This document shows, one piece after another, positions 1 to 9,194 of a stretch of DNA of 64,000 nt (its first letter is position 1; each line of letters begins with the position of its first letter). The notes beneath the pieces were generated by a model, which was not told the origin of the DNA, ran no database searches, and saw only the letters and a program-made list of their open reading frames with translations. Made by a program: the position numbers and the translations under genes. The stretch comes from an uncultured Pseudomonadota bacterium (lineage in GTDB: Bacteria > Pseudomonadota > Alphaproteobacteria > JACZXZ01): the NCBI GenBank assembly GCA_963749075.1, contig CAVVLJ010000017.1:960001-1024000 (forward strand), read 5' to 3'.

Positions 1-761
1 CCTACACCATGGCGTCCTTCCTCTCGGCCACCAACGTCCGCGACGACGGCTACGGCGGCACACTGGGTGCGCGCCTGCGCCTGCCGCTCGAGGTCTATGC
101 CGCGGTGCGCGCGCGGGTCGGCCGCGGCTTCGCCGTCGGCTGCCGCTTCCTCGCCGAGGAATGCATCGCGGGCGGCAGCCCGCTTGCGGACGCGGTCCAT
201 TTCGGCACGGCCTTTGCGCGCGCCGGCATGGACTTCCTCTCGACCTCGCGCGGCGGCAAGTTCGACGACGCCAAGGAGCCGGCGGTGGGCGAGGCCGCCT
301 ACCCCTATACCGGCCCGAGCGGCTACGAATGCATGCCGCAGCACCTCTCGGACGAGGCCGGGCCCTTCGGCCGCAACGCCGCCGCCACCGCCGCCATTCG
401 CAGCGCCGTCCGCGCCGCCGGGTGTGCCACCCCCCTCGTGCTCACCGGCGGCATCCACAACTTCGCCATGGCCGAGCGCCTCCTTGCCGAGGGCGCCTGC
501 GACATCGTGGGCGCCGCGCGCCAGTCGCTCGCGGACCCGGACTGGACGCGCAAAATCGCCCTCGGCCTCGGCGACACCATCCGCCTCTGCGAATACACCA
601 ACTACTGCGAGGGCCTCGACCAGAAGCACAAGACGGTCACCTGCAAGCTGTGGGACCGCGTGGGCCTCGACGAGCCGGGCGTCCTCACGACCCCCGACGG
701 CAGGCGCCGCCTCACCGCACCCGCCTGGGAGCCGCCGACCGACCGCGGGACGGAGCGCTGA
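1..761 (+). CDS. NADH:flavin oxidoreductase / Old Yellow Enzyme family, 5'-truncated by window edge
   Basis: TNVRDDGYGGTLGARLRLPLEV (N-x-R-x-D-x-YGG), TGGIH and DIVGAARQSLADPDW motifs; Cys-containing C-terminus; the frame is open at the window start. Confidence 0.85.
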   Translation, partial: YTMASFLSATNVRDDGYGGTLGARLRLPLEVYAAVRARVGRGFAVGCRFLAEECIAGGSPLADAVHFGTAFARAGMDFLSTSRGGKFDDAKEPAVGEAAYPYTGPSGYECMPQHLSDEAGPFGRNAAATAAIRSAVRAAGCATPLVLTGGIHNFAMAERLLAEGACDIVGAARQSLADPDWTRKIALGLGDTIRLCEYTNYCEGLDQKHKTVTCKLWDRVGLDEPGVLTTPDGRRRLTAPAWEPPTDRGTER

Positions 762-857
762 GTGTGCCTGCGCGTCAAGCACGGCAATTCGCTCAACATG
801 GGCGCCGCACCCGGCCGCATCTTGCGGTGTGCGCGGGCTCGGACGACGAAATAGGAC

Positions 858-906
858 TGTAAAGCATCACTTGACGGCTTGCTCGTCTCGGGTCATCCTT
901 GTCCGG
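858..906 (+). promoter_or_regulatory. Putative higBA promoter with overlapping imperfect inverted repeat (operator)
   Basis: TTGACG (871-876), 17 nt, CATCCT (894-899), about 7 nt before GTG 907; imperfect IR TGTAAAG-catca-CTTGACG overlaps the -35. Confidence 0.5.
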
Positions 907-1179
907 GTGATCCGCAGCTTCCGCAGCAAGGCGCTCAGGGCCTATTTTGAGGGCGGAAATGCCAGCGGCTTGAGCGTGCAAAACGCTGCCAGGGTCGGGC
1001 GCATGTTGCGCGCGCTGGATGCCGCGACCAGGCCGGAGCAGATGAGCCTGCCCGGCTACTTCTTCCACCCCTTGCGCGGCGTGCGGCGGTGGTCGCTCCG
1101 CGTGAGCGGCAACTGGCGGATGACCTTCGGCTGGGACGGCGCCGATGCCGTGGACGTGGATTTGAAGGACTACCACTGA
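907..1179 (+). CDS. higB: HigB/RelE-family toxin (killer protein)
   Basis: GTG start; IRSFRSKAL...PGYFFHPLRG..WSLRVSGNWRMTF...VDLKDYH, typical HigB motifs; toxin upstream of antitoxin. Confidence 0.9.
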   Translation: MIRSFRSKALRAYFEGGNASGLSVQNAARVGRMLRALDAATRPEQMSLPGYFFHPLRGVRRWSLRVSGNWRMTFGWDGADAVDVDLKDYH

Positions 1180-1490
1180 TGAGCAAGCGAGCGGTCAAGA
1201 GGGCACTGCCGGCAATGCACCCCGGCGAGCTGCTGCGCGAGGATATCGTCCCGGCCCTCGGGCGTCCGCGCGCCGAGATCGCCCGCCTGCTCGGTGTGTC
1301 GCGGCAGACCCTGCACGCGATCCTCGCCGAGCGCACGCCGGTCACGCCCGAGATGGCGCTTCGCCTCGGCAAGCTGTGCGGCAACGGCGCAGAGCTCTGG
1401 CTCAACCTGCAGGCGCGTTACGACCTGGAAAAGCTGGGCAGGACCAAGCGCGCCGAGATCGCCGCCATTCCGACGCTGGCGGCTGAGTGA
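1179..1490 (+). CDS. higA: HigA antitoxin (HTH-XRE)
   Basis: TGATG overlap with higB; HPGELLREDI...VTPEMALRLGK...ELWLNLQARYDL motif. Confidence 0.92.
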   Translation: MSKRAVKRALPAMHPGELLREDIVPALGRPRAEIARLLGVSRQTLHAILAERTPVTPEMALRLGKLCGNGAELWLNLQARYDLEKLGRTKRAEIAAIPTLAAE

Positions 1491-1502
1491 AGGAGCTCCC
1501 CC

Positions 1503-2234
1503 TCACCCGCCGAGATAGAACTTGCGGATGAGCTCGTTGTCGCCGAGCTCCTCGGGCGAGCGGCCTTCGAAGGCGATCCTGCCGTGCACGATGACGTAGC
1601 CGCGGTCGGCGATGCGCACCGCCTGGTTGAAGTTCTGCTCGGCCATCAGCACGGTGAGCCCGTAGCGCTCCTTGAGCTCCTTGATCTTCTCGATGACGTG
1701 GCGCACCAGGACCGGTGCCAGCCCCACCGAGGGCTCGTCGACGAGGAGGATGCGCGGCGCCGACATGAGCGCCCGTGCCAACGCCAGCATCTGCTGCTCG
1801 CCGCCGCTCATGCTGGCGGCGAGCTGGTGGCGGCGCTCGCGCAGGCGCGGGAAGATCTCGTAGCAGTACTCGAGGTTGCGCCCGAGTGCTGCGCGCGCGG
1901 CATTGCGAAAGGCGCCGAGCAGCAGGTTCTCCTCGACCGTGAGCCTGGCGAAGAGCCGCCGCCCCTCGGGCACCAGTGCGATGCCGAGCTCGACGATCTC
2001 CTCGGTCAAGCGCCCGACGAGATCGTGCACCGTGCCCTCGATCTCGGCGGTGATGCTGCCGGCACTCGGCCGCACGATGCCCATGATGCATTTCATGAGC
2101 GTGCTCTTGCCGTTGCCGTTGGTGCCGAGGAGCGCCACCGTCTCGCGCGCGCCGACCGTCAAGGAGACGTCCTCGAGCGCCCTGACCGAGCCGTAGGCGG
2201 CGTGCACGCCGGCGATTGTGAGGCTATTCGCCAA
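1503..2234 (-). CDS. Branched-chain amino acid-type ABC transporter ATP-binding protein (LivF-like)
   Basis: Walker A GTNGNGKS, VPEGRRLF, MSGGEQQMLA, DEPSVGLAP. Confidence 0.9.
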   Translation of the reverse strand: MANSLTIAGVHAAYGSVRALEDVSLTVGARETVALLGTNGNGKSTLMKCIMGIVRPSAGSITAEIEGTVHDLVGRLTEEIVELGIALVPEGRRLFARLTVEENLLLGAFRNAARAALGRNLEYCYEIFPRLRERRHQLAASMSGGEQQMLALARALMSAPRILLVDEPSVGLAPVLVRHVIEKIKELKERYGLTVLMAEQNFNQAVRIADRGYVIVHGRIAFEGRSPEELGDNELIRKFYLGG

Positions 2235-2961
2235 GGTAGGCCCTCAGCACCTCGGGGTCGCGCACGACCGCCTCTGGCGCCGCATCGGCGATCTTGCGCC
2301 CGGCCACCAGCACGATGAGGCGCTCCGAGAAGCTCATCACCGCGCGCATGATGTGCTCGATGAGGATGATGGTGATGCCGGCCTCGTTCAAGCGCAGGAG
2401 GAGGGCCAGGATGTCGTCGACTTCGGCGTGGGAGAGGCCGGCCATGGCCTCGTCGGCGATGAGGAGCTTGGGCTCGGCGGCGATGGCGCGCGCGAGCTCG
2501 AGCTTGCGCATCTCGACCTGGGAGAGATCGAGCGGCCGCCGGCCCGCCTTGCCGGCGAGGCCCACGAGGCCCAGGAGCTCGTCCACGCGCGCGGCGATCG
2601 CGGCGGCCGAGAGGCGATTGCCCGCCCGCGCGTTCACCGTATAGAGGAGCGGGATGCGCAGGTTGTCGGCGACCGAGAGGCTGGCGAAAGGCCGCGGCAG
2701 CTGGAAGCTGCGCGCGATCCCCAGGCGGATGCGCTGATGGGCGGAGAGCCCGTCGATGCGCCCGCCCGCGAAGCGCACGCTGCCCGACTCATTGCGCAGC
2801 GTGCCGCAGAGGCAATTGACGAGCGTGCTCTTGCCCGAGCCGTTGGGCCCGATGAGCCCCACGCGCTCGCCGCCTGCGACCTCGAGCGTCACGGCGTCGA
2901 GCGCCACGAAGCCGCCGAAGTGCTTGCTCAAGGACTCGACCTCGAGGAGCGGGCGCGCCAT
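2224..2961 (-). CDS. ABC transporter ATP-binding protein (LivG-like)
   Basis: Start MARPLLEVE; GPNGSGKST, GIARSFQ, DEAMAGL, IEHIM, VLRAYLG. Confidence 0.9.
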   Translation of the reverse strand: MARPLLEVESLSKHFGGFVALDAVTLEVAGGERVGLIGPNGSGKSTLVNCLCGTLRNESGSVRFAGGRIDGLSAHQRIRLGIARSFQLPRPFASLSVADNLRIPLLYTVNARAGNRLSAAAIAARVDELLGLVGLAGKAGRRPLDLSQVEMRKLELARAIAAEPKLLIADEAMAGLSHAEVDDILALLLRLNEAGITIILIEHIMRAVMSFSERLIVLVAGRKIADAAPEAVVRDPEVLRAYLGE

Positions 2962-3905
2962 CAGCCGCTCCGCCCTCTGAGACGCTCGGCGAAGAGGCCG
3001 ACGATGCCGTTGGGTGCCGCGATGACGAAGCCGACGAGCAGCACGCCGACGATCAGCAGATTGGCGGCCGACGAGATGGTGACGGTCGCCACCTGCTGAA
3101 TGGTGCCGAGCAGCACCGCGCCGATGAGCGGGCCGAGCCAGGTGGTGGTGCCGCCGATGAGCGGCATGGCGATGCTGTTGACGGCATAGGCGAGGCTGAA
3201 GGCCGAGGCCGGATCGAGGTAGGTGACGTAGGCGGGCAGCGGCGCACCCGCCATGCCCATGAGGGCGCCGCTCAGCGTCGTGGCGGCGAGCTTGAGGCGG
3301 AGCGTCGGCACGCCGAAGGCCTCGGCCGCCTGCTCGTCGTCGCGGATGGCGGCGAAGCCGAAGCCGAGCCGCGAGCGCTCGAGCGCGCGCGCGAGCGTGA
3401 GCGCCAGGACGGCGAGCGCCAGCATCACGAGGAAGAGGTACTGGATGTAGTTGCCGAGGAGCGGCACCTGGGCCGGCCGCATGACGTAGGCGCCGCGCGC
3501 GCCGCCGACGAAGTCCCAGTTGACGATGAGGGTCTGCATGACGACGGCGAAGGCGAGCGTCGCGATGGAGAAATAGACGCCGCGCAAGCGGAGCGTGAGA
3601 TAGCCCATGCCGAGGCCGACGAGTCCCGAGACGGCACCGCCCACGAGCATGAGGAGCGGCAGCGGCAGCGGGAAGAGCTTGTGGAGCACGACCGAGCTGT
3701 AGGCGCCGAGCGCGAAAAAGGCGGCGGTGCCGAAATTCACGTACCCGGTGTAGCCGCCGAGGATGTTCCACGCGGTCGCCAGCACGATGTACTGCAGCAC
3801 CACGTAGCCCGCGAAGAAGTAATACTCGTTGTGGAGGAAGCGGCAGAGGGCGAAGACCGCCGCGGCCACGGCGAGGGCGGCGAGGAGGAAGCCCGGCGAG
3901 CGCAC
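2961..3905 (-). CDS. ABC transporter permease (LivM-like)
   Basis: WNILGGYTGYVNFG, LRLRGVYFSIATL, AIRDDEQAA; hydrophobic. Confidence 0.9.
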   Translation of the reverse strand: MRSPGFLLAALAVAAAVFALCRFLHNEYYFFAGYVVLQYIVLATAWNILGGYTGYVNFGTAAFFALGAYSSVVLHKLFPLPLPLLMLVGGAVSGLVGLGMGYLTLRLRGVYFSIATLAFAVVMQTLIVNWDFVGGARGAYVMRPAQVPLLGNYIQYLFLVMLALAVLALTLARALERSRLGFGFAAIRDDEQAAEAFGVPTLRLKLAATTLSGALMGMAGAPLPAYVTYLDPASAFSLAYAVNSIAMPLIGGTTTWLGPLIGAVLLGTIQQVATVTISSAANLLIVGVLLVGFVIAAPNGIVGLFAERLRGRSG

Positions 3906-3909
3906 CGGC

Positions 3910-4785
3910 CTAGCGCCCGAAGAAGCCCACGGGGCGCACCGCGAGCGTGACGAGAAGGATGCCGAAGGCGACCGCCGGCGACCACGAGGGGCCGTAGAAG
4001 GTCGCGGTGATGCTCTCGACGACGCCGAGGAGGAGGGCGGCCAAGAGGGTGCCGGGCAGGCTGCCCATGCCGCCGAGCACGCAGATGGCGAAGACGCGGC
4101 CGATATAGTCGCGGCCGACCGAGGGCTCGACCGGCTGGATGATGATGAGGAAGGCGCCGGCGATCCCGGCCGTGGCGATCGAGATGCCGAAGGCCAGGCG
4201 CTTGATGCGGCTCGGGCTCACCCCCATGAGGCGGAGTGCGAGCTGGTCCTGCGACACGGCGAGGATGGCGCGGCCGATGAAGCTCTTCTGGAGGAAGAGC
4301 TGGAGTGCGCCGAGCAGCAGCAGCGAGATGGCGAAGGGTACCAGCATGCGAAGCGGCAGGATGACGAAGCCGAGGTGGAGGCTGGCGCCGATGTAGGGCG
4401 CCTCGACGTAGCGGTAGTCGACGCCGAAGACCACTACGAGGGCGACCTCGGTGATGAAGAGCAGGCCGAAGAAGAAGGCGAGTCCGCGCAGCGATTCCTG
4501 GCCGCGCCGCTCGAACGAGAGGTAATAGACCTGATAGACCGCCGCACCCAGGAGATAGAAGGCCGGCGCCATGACGACGCTGGCCAAGAGCGGGTCGAGG
4601 CCGAGCGTCGAGTTGACGAGGTAGGTGATGTAGGAGCCGAGGATGATGAAGGCCGGGTGCGCGATATTGACGATGTCGAGCATGCCGAAGGCGATCGAGA
4701 CGCCGACCGTGACCGCGGCGTAGAAGCCGCCGAGGAGTAGCCCCGCGATCACCGCATTGGCGAGGAGCTCGAACGAGCCATCCAT
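3910..4785 (-). CDS. ABC transporter permease (LivH-like)
   Basis: Start MDGSFELLAN; FGMLDIVNIAH, GRAILAVSQD, VLGGMGS. Confidence 0.9.
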   Translation of the reverse strand: MDGSFELLANAVIAGLLLGGFYAAVTVGVSIAFGMLDIVNIAHPAFIILGSYITYLVNSTLGLDPLLASVVMAPAFYLLGAAVYQVYYLSFERRGQESLRGLAFFFGLLFITEVALVVVFGVDYRYVEAPYIGASLHLGFVILPLRMLVPFAISLLLLGALQLFLQKSFIGRAILAVSQDQLALRLMGVSPSRIKRLAFGISIATAGIAGAFLIIIQPVEPSVGRDYIGRVFAICVLGGMGSLPGTLLAALLLGVVESITATFYGPSWSPAVAFGILLVTLAVRPVGFFGR

Positions 4786-4939
4786 CCACGAATCCGCCCT
4801 GCCGGCCGTCTTTTGTATTCTCGGCGCCTCTTGCGCCCTAATCTGGAGGAAGTTCGCGCCCTTGGCTAGTAGCCAGCGCAGTGGCCGCCAGCACACATGG
4901 GGCCCCCACACAGGGCTGGACCAGCCTTCCTGGTCGGCC

Positions 4940-4975
4940 TTGGTATTGTATATACAAACATATAGTATATAGGCG
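4940..4975 (+). promoter_or_regulatory. Putative brnTA promoter with palindromic operator
   Basis: TTGGTA (4940-4945), 17 nt, TAGTAT (4963-4968); perfect palindrome TTGTATATACAA (4946-4957) in the spacer; AT-rich island in GC-rich DNA. Confidence 0.65.
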
Positions 4976-5274
4976 ATGAATGTTGCCGTATCGGAATTCG
5001 ATTGGGACGACGGCAATCGCGCAAAGTGCGAGAAGCACGGCGTCTCGCCTGAAGATTAAGCGAATCGCTTTCGCCGTCGTCATGCCCGCGAAAGCGGGCA
5101 TCCAGGGCCGCCAAAACAGCGCGTTTTCCGACGCTTCTGGACACCCGCTTTCGCGGGTGTGACGACAGTGGGAATGAGTTTGGAGCACGAATTCCCGAAC
5201 AACTCCTTGGTAGCGCCCGCTACATGCACAGGAAGGAGGTCATGAGCCATGAAAAAGAAAATCCCGACCTTTAA
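4976..5274 (+). pseudogene. brnT: BrnT toxin pseudogene, interrupted by a palindromic repeat
   Basis: N-terminal piece MNVAVSEFDWDDGNRAKCEKHGVSPED* (4976-5059) and C-terminal piece SARYMHRKEVMSHEKENPDL* (5212-5274, different frame); both are BrnT hallmarks; the middle is missing. Confidence 0.85.
5076..5166. repeat. REP-like inverted pair (family C, GTCATGCCCGCGAAAGCGGGCATCCAG)
   Basis: gtcgtcatgcccgcgaaagcgggcatccag (5076-5105) and its near reverse complement ctggacacccgctttcgcgggtgtgacgac (5137-5166). Confidence 0.85.
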
Positions 5275-5512
5275 GACCGACGCGGAAGCCGAGCGTTTCG
5301 TGGATACGGCGGCCCTCACCGAATACGATCTTTCCGGCCTCAGGCCGGTCAGATTCGAGTTCGAGAAAAAGACCGAGCAGATCAACATGCGCCTGCCGAA
5401 GCCTTTGCTTGAAGCCGTCAAGAAGCGCTCCAGCGCGCGCGGCATTCCCTATACGCGCTTCATTCGCGAGGCCGTGGAAATGGCGCTTGCCCGCCCCAGG
5501 AAGCTGCGATGA
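5249..5512 (+). CDS. BrnA/CopG-family ribbon-helix-helix antitoxin
   Basis: KKIPTFKTDAEAERF...QINMRLPKPLLEAVK...GIPYTRFIREAVE; overlaps the brnT 3' remnant. Confidence 0.88.
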   Translation: MKKKIPTFKTDAEAERFVDTAALTEYDLSGLRPVRFEFEKKTEQINMRLPKPLLEAVKKRSSARGIPYTRFIREAVEMALARPRKLR

Positions 5513-5648
5513 GCGGGGCTTTGACGGACATTTGAGGCGGCGCCATAGAGCGCGAATGGGACGCCTGGCACCGCGTCCTCCCCCTCGCCACCTCCTTCCG
5601 CGCGGGCGCAAACTTCCCTAAACTCGCTCGCCGCGGAAGGAGGAGCGA

Positions 5649-6833
5649 GTGGCCGCACCACCAGCCGAATACGCCCGCATGCTGGCCCGCGCGCGCGAGC
5701 TGGCGCCGGCCTTGCGCGCACGCGCGGCCGAGGCCGAGGCATTGCGCTGCCTCCCCGAGGCGAGCGTGCGCGAGCTCCACGAGAGCGGGCTCTTCCGCGC
5801 CTTCCAGCCGAAGCGCGTGGGCGGCGGCGAGCTCGCTTACGGGCTTTTCATCGATGCCGGTGCGGCGCTCGGTGCCGCCTGCGGCTCGACCGCCTGGGTG
5901 TGGGGCAATCTCGCAAGCCACCACTGGATGCTCGCCATGTGGCCGGAGCGCGCGCAGGCAGCACTCTGGGACGCCGACCCGGACGTGCTGATCGCCTCGT
6001 CCTTCGTCTTCCCGAGCGGGCGGGCGCGGCGGGCGGCCGGCGGCTACGAGCTCGCCGGGCGCTGGCCCTTCGCGAGCGGCATCATGCACTCGAGCTGGGC
6101 CATGCTCGGCGGCCTCGTGGCGGCCACCGACGGCGGGCCCTCCGAGCAGCGCATGTTCCTGGTGCCCGCCGCGAGCTATCGCGTCATCGACACCTGGCGC
6201 GTCTCCGGTCTCTCGGCCACCGGCAGCCACGACATCGAGATCGACGGCGTCTTCGTCGAGGAGGCCTTCACCCTCGCGGTCGAGCCCACCAAGCGCGCCC
6301 TGTCCCCGGGCCTCGCGCTCAATCCCGGGCCGCTCTACCGCATCCCGGTCTTCGCCACCTTCCCCTATATCCTCGCCGGCCCCCTCCTCGGCATCGCCGA
6401 GGGTGCCGTCGAGCATTACGTGGCGAGCGCCAGGGAGCGCGCCTCGAGCTACACCGGCCAGCGCATCGCCGAGCATGCGCCGGTGCAGATCAAGATCGCC
6501 GAGGCGAGCGCCGCCGCCGCCGCGGCCCGGCTCATGCTGCTCGCGGACTGCAGCGAGATGATGGCGATCGCCGCGGCCGCTGGCGCCACGGACGAGGAGC
6601 GCCGCGCGCGCTACCGGCGCAACCCGGCCTTTGCGGCACGGCTCGCCACGGGCGCCGTCGACGTGCTGGTGCAGGCGGCCGGCGGCGGCGGCCTCTATGC
6701 GCGCAATCCCCTCCAGCGCGCCTTCCGCGACGCCCATGCCGCGGCCGCGCACATCTCGCTCGTGTGGGACGTGGCGGGAGCACTTTACGGCCGCGTCGCC
6801 CTCGGCCTCCACTCGGGGAACGCCACGATCTGA
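5649..6833 (+). CDS. Flavin-dependent monooxygenase, oxygenase component (HsaA/C2-HpaH-like, acyl-CoA dehydrogenase fold)
   Basis: FQPKRVGG, CGSTAWV, GRWPFASG, IDTWRVSGLSATGSHD, LQRAFRDAHA. Confidence 0.85.
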   Translation: MAAPPAEYARMLARARELAPALRARAAEAEALRCLPEASVRELHESGLFRAFQPKRVGGGELAYGLFIDAGAALGAACGSTAWVWGNLASHHWMLAMWPERAQAALWDADPDVLIASSFVFPSGRARRAAGGYELAGRWPFASGIMHSSWAMLGGLVAATDGGPSEQRMFLVPAASYRVIDTWRVSGLSATGSHDIEIDGVFVEEAFTLAVEPTKRALSPGLALNPGPLYRIPVFATFPYILAGPLLGIAEGAVEHYVASARERASSYTGQRIAEHAPVQIKIAEASAAAAAARLMLLADCSEMMAIAAAAGATDEERRARYRRNPAFAARLATGAVDVLVQAAGGGGLYARNPLQRAFRDAHAAAAHISLVWDVAGALYGRVALGLHSGNATI

Positions 6834-6843
6834 CGGACAGAGC

Positions 6844-7299
6844 TCACGCCGCACCCGAGGCCATCACTGGCGCCTTGCGGCCCGCGGCCTCCGCGGCGGC
6901 GAAGTTGAGCTCGACCTTGACGCCGTTGGGATCGATGAGGAAGAGCTGGTAGAGCCCCTCGCTATCGACCCGGCGCTCGCGGAACTCGACCTTGAGCCGC
7001 TCAAAGTGCGCGATCGTCTCGGCGAGGCCGGTGGCGCGGAATGCCACATGGTCGATGACGCCCGAGCCGCGCACCGCCTGGGACTCCTGGCCGAGATAGC
7101 GCAAGCGCTCCGCCGAGGCCTTGCTGCCGCCCTCGGTCAGGTGCAGCACGGCGCAGTCGCCGATATAGAGCCAATGGACGGGAAAGCCGAAATCCGGATG
7201 CGGCCCCTCGCGCATGCCCAGCACGCGCACGTACCAGTCCCTCGTCGCCTCGAGGTCCTCGGGCTGGAGCAGATAATGCTCGAGATGGGCGAGCGGCAT
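6844..7299 (-). CDS. VOC/glyoxalase-family protein
   Basis: LEHYLL..DLEATRDWY...IDHVAF...QLFLIDPNGVKVELNF. Confidence 0.85.
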   Translation of the reverse strand: MPLAHLEHYLLQPEDLEATRDWYVRVLGMREGPHPDFGFPVHWLYIGDCAVLHLTEGGSKASAERLRYLGQESQAVRGSGVIDHVAFRATGLAETIAHFERLKVEFRERRVDSEGLYQLFLIDPNGVKVELNFAAAEAAGRKAPVMASGAA

Positions 7300-7422
7300 G
7301 GGCCGGCCTCCGTCGCGCGCGCGGCGCTTTGCCCCGGCTATTCTTCCTCTGGCATTCTTCCTCTGGCGCGGAGCGCGGGATTGGGCATAGGATAGCGCAA
7401 AAGCGAGAACCAGGGAGGGACT

Positions 7423-8703
7423 ATGTTCCGCAGGTTGAAGTGCGCCTTGAGCGCGCGCCTCGTCGCGGCCGTGCTGGCCGCGGCGGCATCTTTCGCCGCC
7501 GTCGCACCTGGAGCGGCACTTGCGGCCGAGCCGATCAAGATCGGCCTCGGCATGGCGCTCACCGGCCCGCTTGCCGCGAACGGCAAGGCCGCCATTCTCG
7601 CCATGGAAATTTGGGCCGAGGACGTGAACGCCAAGGGCGGCCTCCTCGGCCGGCCGGTCAAGCTCATCTATTACGACGACCAGAGCAATCCCTCCACGGT
7701 GCCGGGCATCTACACCAAGCTCATGGACGTGGACAAGGTCGACCTCGTGGTGAGCGGTTATGCCACGAACATGATCGCACCGGCCATGCCGGCGGTGATG
7801 CAGCACAACATGGTCTTCATGGGGCTCCTCGGCCTGGCGGTCAACAGCGAGTTCAAATATCCCAACTACTTCTCCATGACCGCGACCGGCGGGCTCGATC
7901 CCAAAGGGAGCATCACCACCGGCTTCTTCGATCTCGCGATGGCGCAGAGCCCCAAGCCGAAGACGGTCGCCATCGTGGCCGCCGACGCCGAGTTCGCGCG
8001 CAACGCCTCGGACGGCGCCCGCGCCAACGCCAAGGCCGCCAAGCTCGACATCGTCTACGACAAGAGCTACCCGCCGACCACCACCGACTTCAGCCCGATC
8101 GTGCGCGCCATCCAGGCGACCAACCCGGACCTCGTGCTGGTCGCCTCCTATCCGCTCGATTCGGTGGGCATGGTGCGCGCCGTGAACGAGATCGGCCTCA
8201 AGACCAGGATGTTCGGCGGCGCCATGGTCGGCCTGCAGACCACCTCGACCAAGACCCAGCTCGGGCCCCTCCTGAACGGCATCGTCGATTACGACTTCTG
8301 GCTGCCGGTCAAGGCCATGCAGTTCCCCGGCGTGCTCGACTTCCTCAAGAAGTACCAGGCCAAGTCGGCAAGTGCCGGCGTCGATCTTCTCGGCTACTAC
8401 CTGCCGCCCTGGGCCTATGCCGATCTCCAGGTGCTGGGCGAGGCCGTCGAGGGGACCAAGAGCCTCGACCAGGCGAAGCTCGGCGCCTACATCCGCGAGC
8501 ACACCTTCAAGACCATCCTCGGCGACATGAAGTTCGGTCCCAACGGCGAGCTCTCGGAGCCGCGCATCATCGACATCCAGTATCAGCACATCAAGGGCAA
8601 CGGCATCGACCAGTTCAAGGAGATGTCGACCCAGGTGGTGCTGTGGCCGCCGCAGTATAAATCGGGGGACATCATCTACCCTTACACGGACGCGAAGAAC
8701 TGA
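7423..8703 (+). CDS. Amino acid/aromatic-ligand ABC transporter substrate-binding protein (LivK-like, type I PBP)
   Basis: Signal peptide; IKIGLGMALTGPLA, VNAKGGLLGRPVKLIYYDDQS; SD GGAGG. Confidence 0.9.
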   Translation: MFRRLKCALSARLVAAVLAAAASFAAVAPGAALAAEPIKIGLGMALTGPLAANGKAAILAMEIWAEDVNAKGGLLGRPVKLIYYDDQSNPSTVPGIYTKLMDVDKVDLVVSGYATNMIAPAMPAVMQHNMVFMGLLGLAVNSEFKYPNYFSMTATGGLDPKGSITTGFFDLAMAQSPKPKTVAIVAADAEFARNASDGARANAKAAKLDIVYDKSYPPTTTDFSPIVRAIQATNPDLVLVASYPLDSVGMVRAVNEIGLKTRMFGGAMVGLQTTSTKTQLGPLLNGIVDYDFWLPVKAMQFPGVLDFLKKYQAKSASAGVDLLGYYLPPWAYADLQVLGEAVEGTKSLDQAKLGAYIREHTFKTILGDMKFGPNGELSEPRIIDIQYQHIKGNGIDQFKEMSTQVVLWPPQYKSGDIIYPYTDAKN

Positions 8704-8714
8704 GCGTCGGAGCC

Positions 8715-8803
8715 GTCCCTCACCCTTCCCATCCCTTCGGGATGGGCCCCTTCCCTCTCCCGCTTGCGGGAGAGGGTGGCCGCGGAGCGGCCGGGCGAGG
8801 GAC
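8715..8803. repeat. REP-like multi-hairpin element (family A)
   Basis: gtccctcaccc...cccatcccTTCGggatggg...ccctctcccgcttgcgggagaggg...gggcgagggac nested stems between convergent genes. Confidence 0.8.
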
Positions 8804-8817
8804 CGCTCCGCGCCGAT

Positions 8818-9144
8818 CTAGGCGCTTGCCCGAGCGTGCTGCTTCACTTTGCGTACCGCGGCGAGTTGACCCCGTAGCATGTCGAGGGTGTCCCGTTCGG
8901 TCTGGCTCAATCCGTCGAGCTTGACGTGCTTGAGAAGCACGTCGAGCGCATCGCCGATGCGACCGAGCTGCCGGCCATAGCTTCCCACCTCGTCGAGGAC
9001 CGCCTGCTCGACCTCGGGATGCGGCGTCTGGCCCAAGTCGATGTTGATGAACCCGAATTGCGCGCCCTGCTGATAGAAGGTCCAGGGATTGATCGCCTGC
9101 CAGAGCTTTTGCGGGGCCAACGACAGCTGGAATGACTTCGCCAT
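8818..9144 (-). CDS. Hypothetical protein, 108 aa
   Basis: SD GAGGAG; MAKSFQLSLAPQKLWQAINPW...VGSYGRQLGRIGDAL; normal codon usage. Confidence 0.75.
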   Translation of the reverse strand: MAKSFQLSLAPQKLWQAINPWTFYQQGAQFGFINIDLGQTPHPEVEQAVLDEVGSYGRQLGRIGDALDVLLKHVKLDGLSQTERDTLDMLRGQLAAVRKVKQHARASA

Positions 9145-9194
9145 GGTCGCCTCCTCATGGAAGTAAGCGCTCGGCCCTCTGCCGCGATCCCCGC

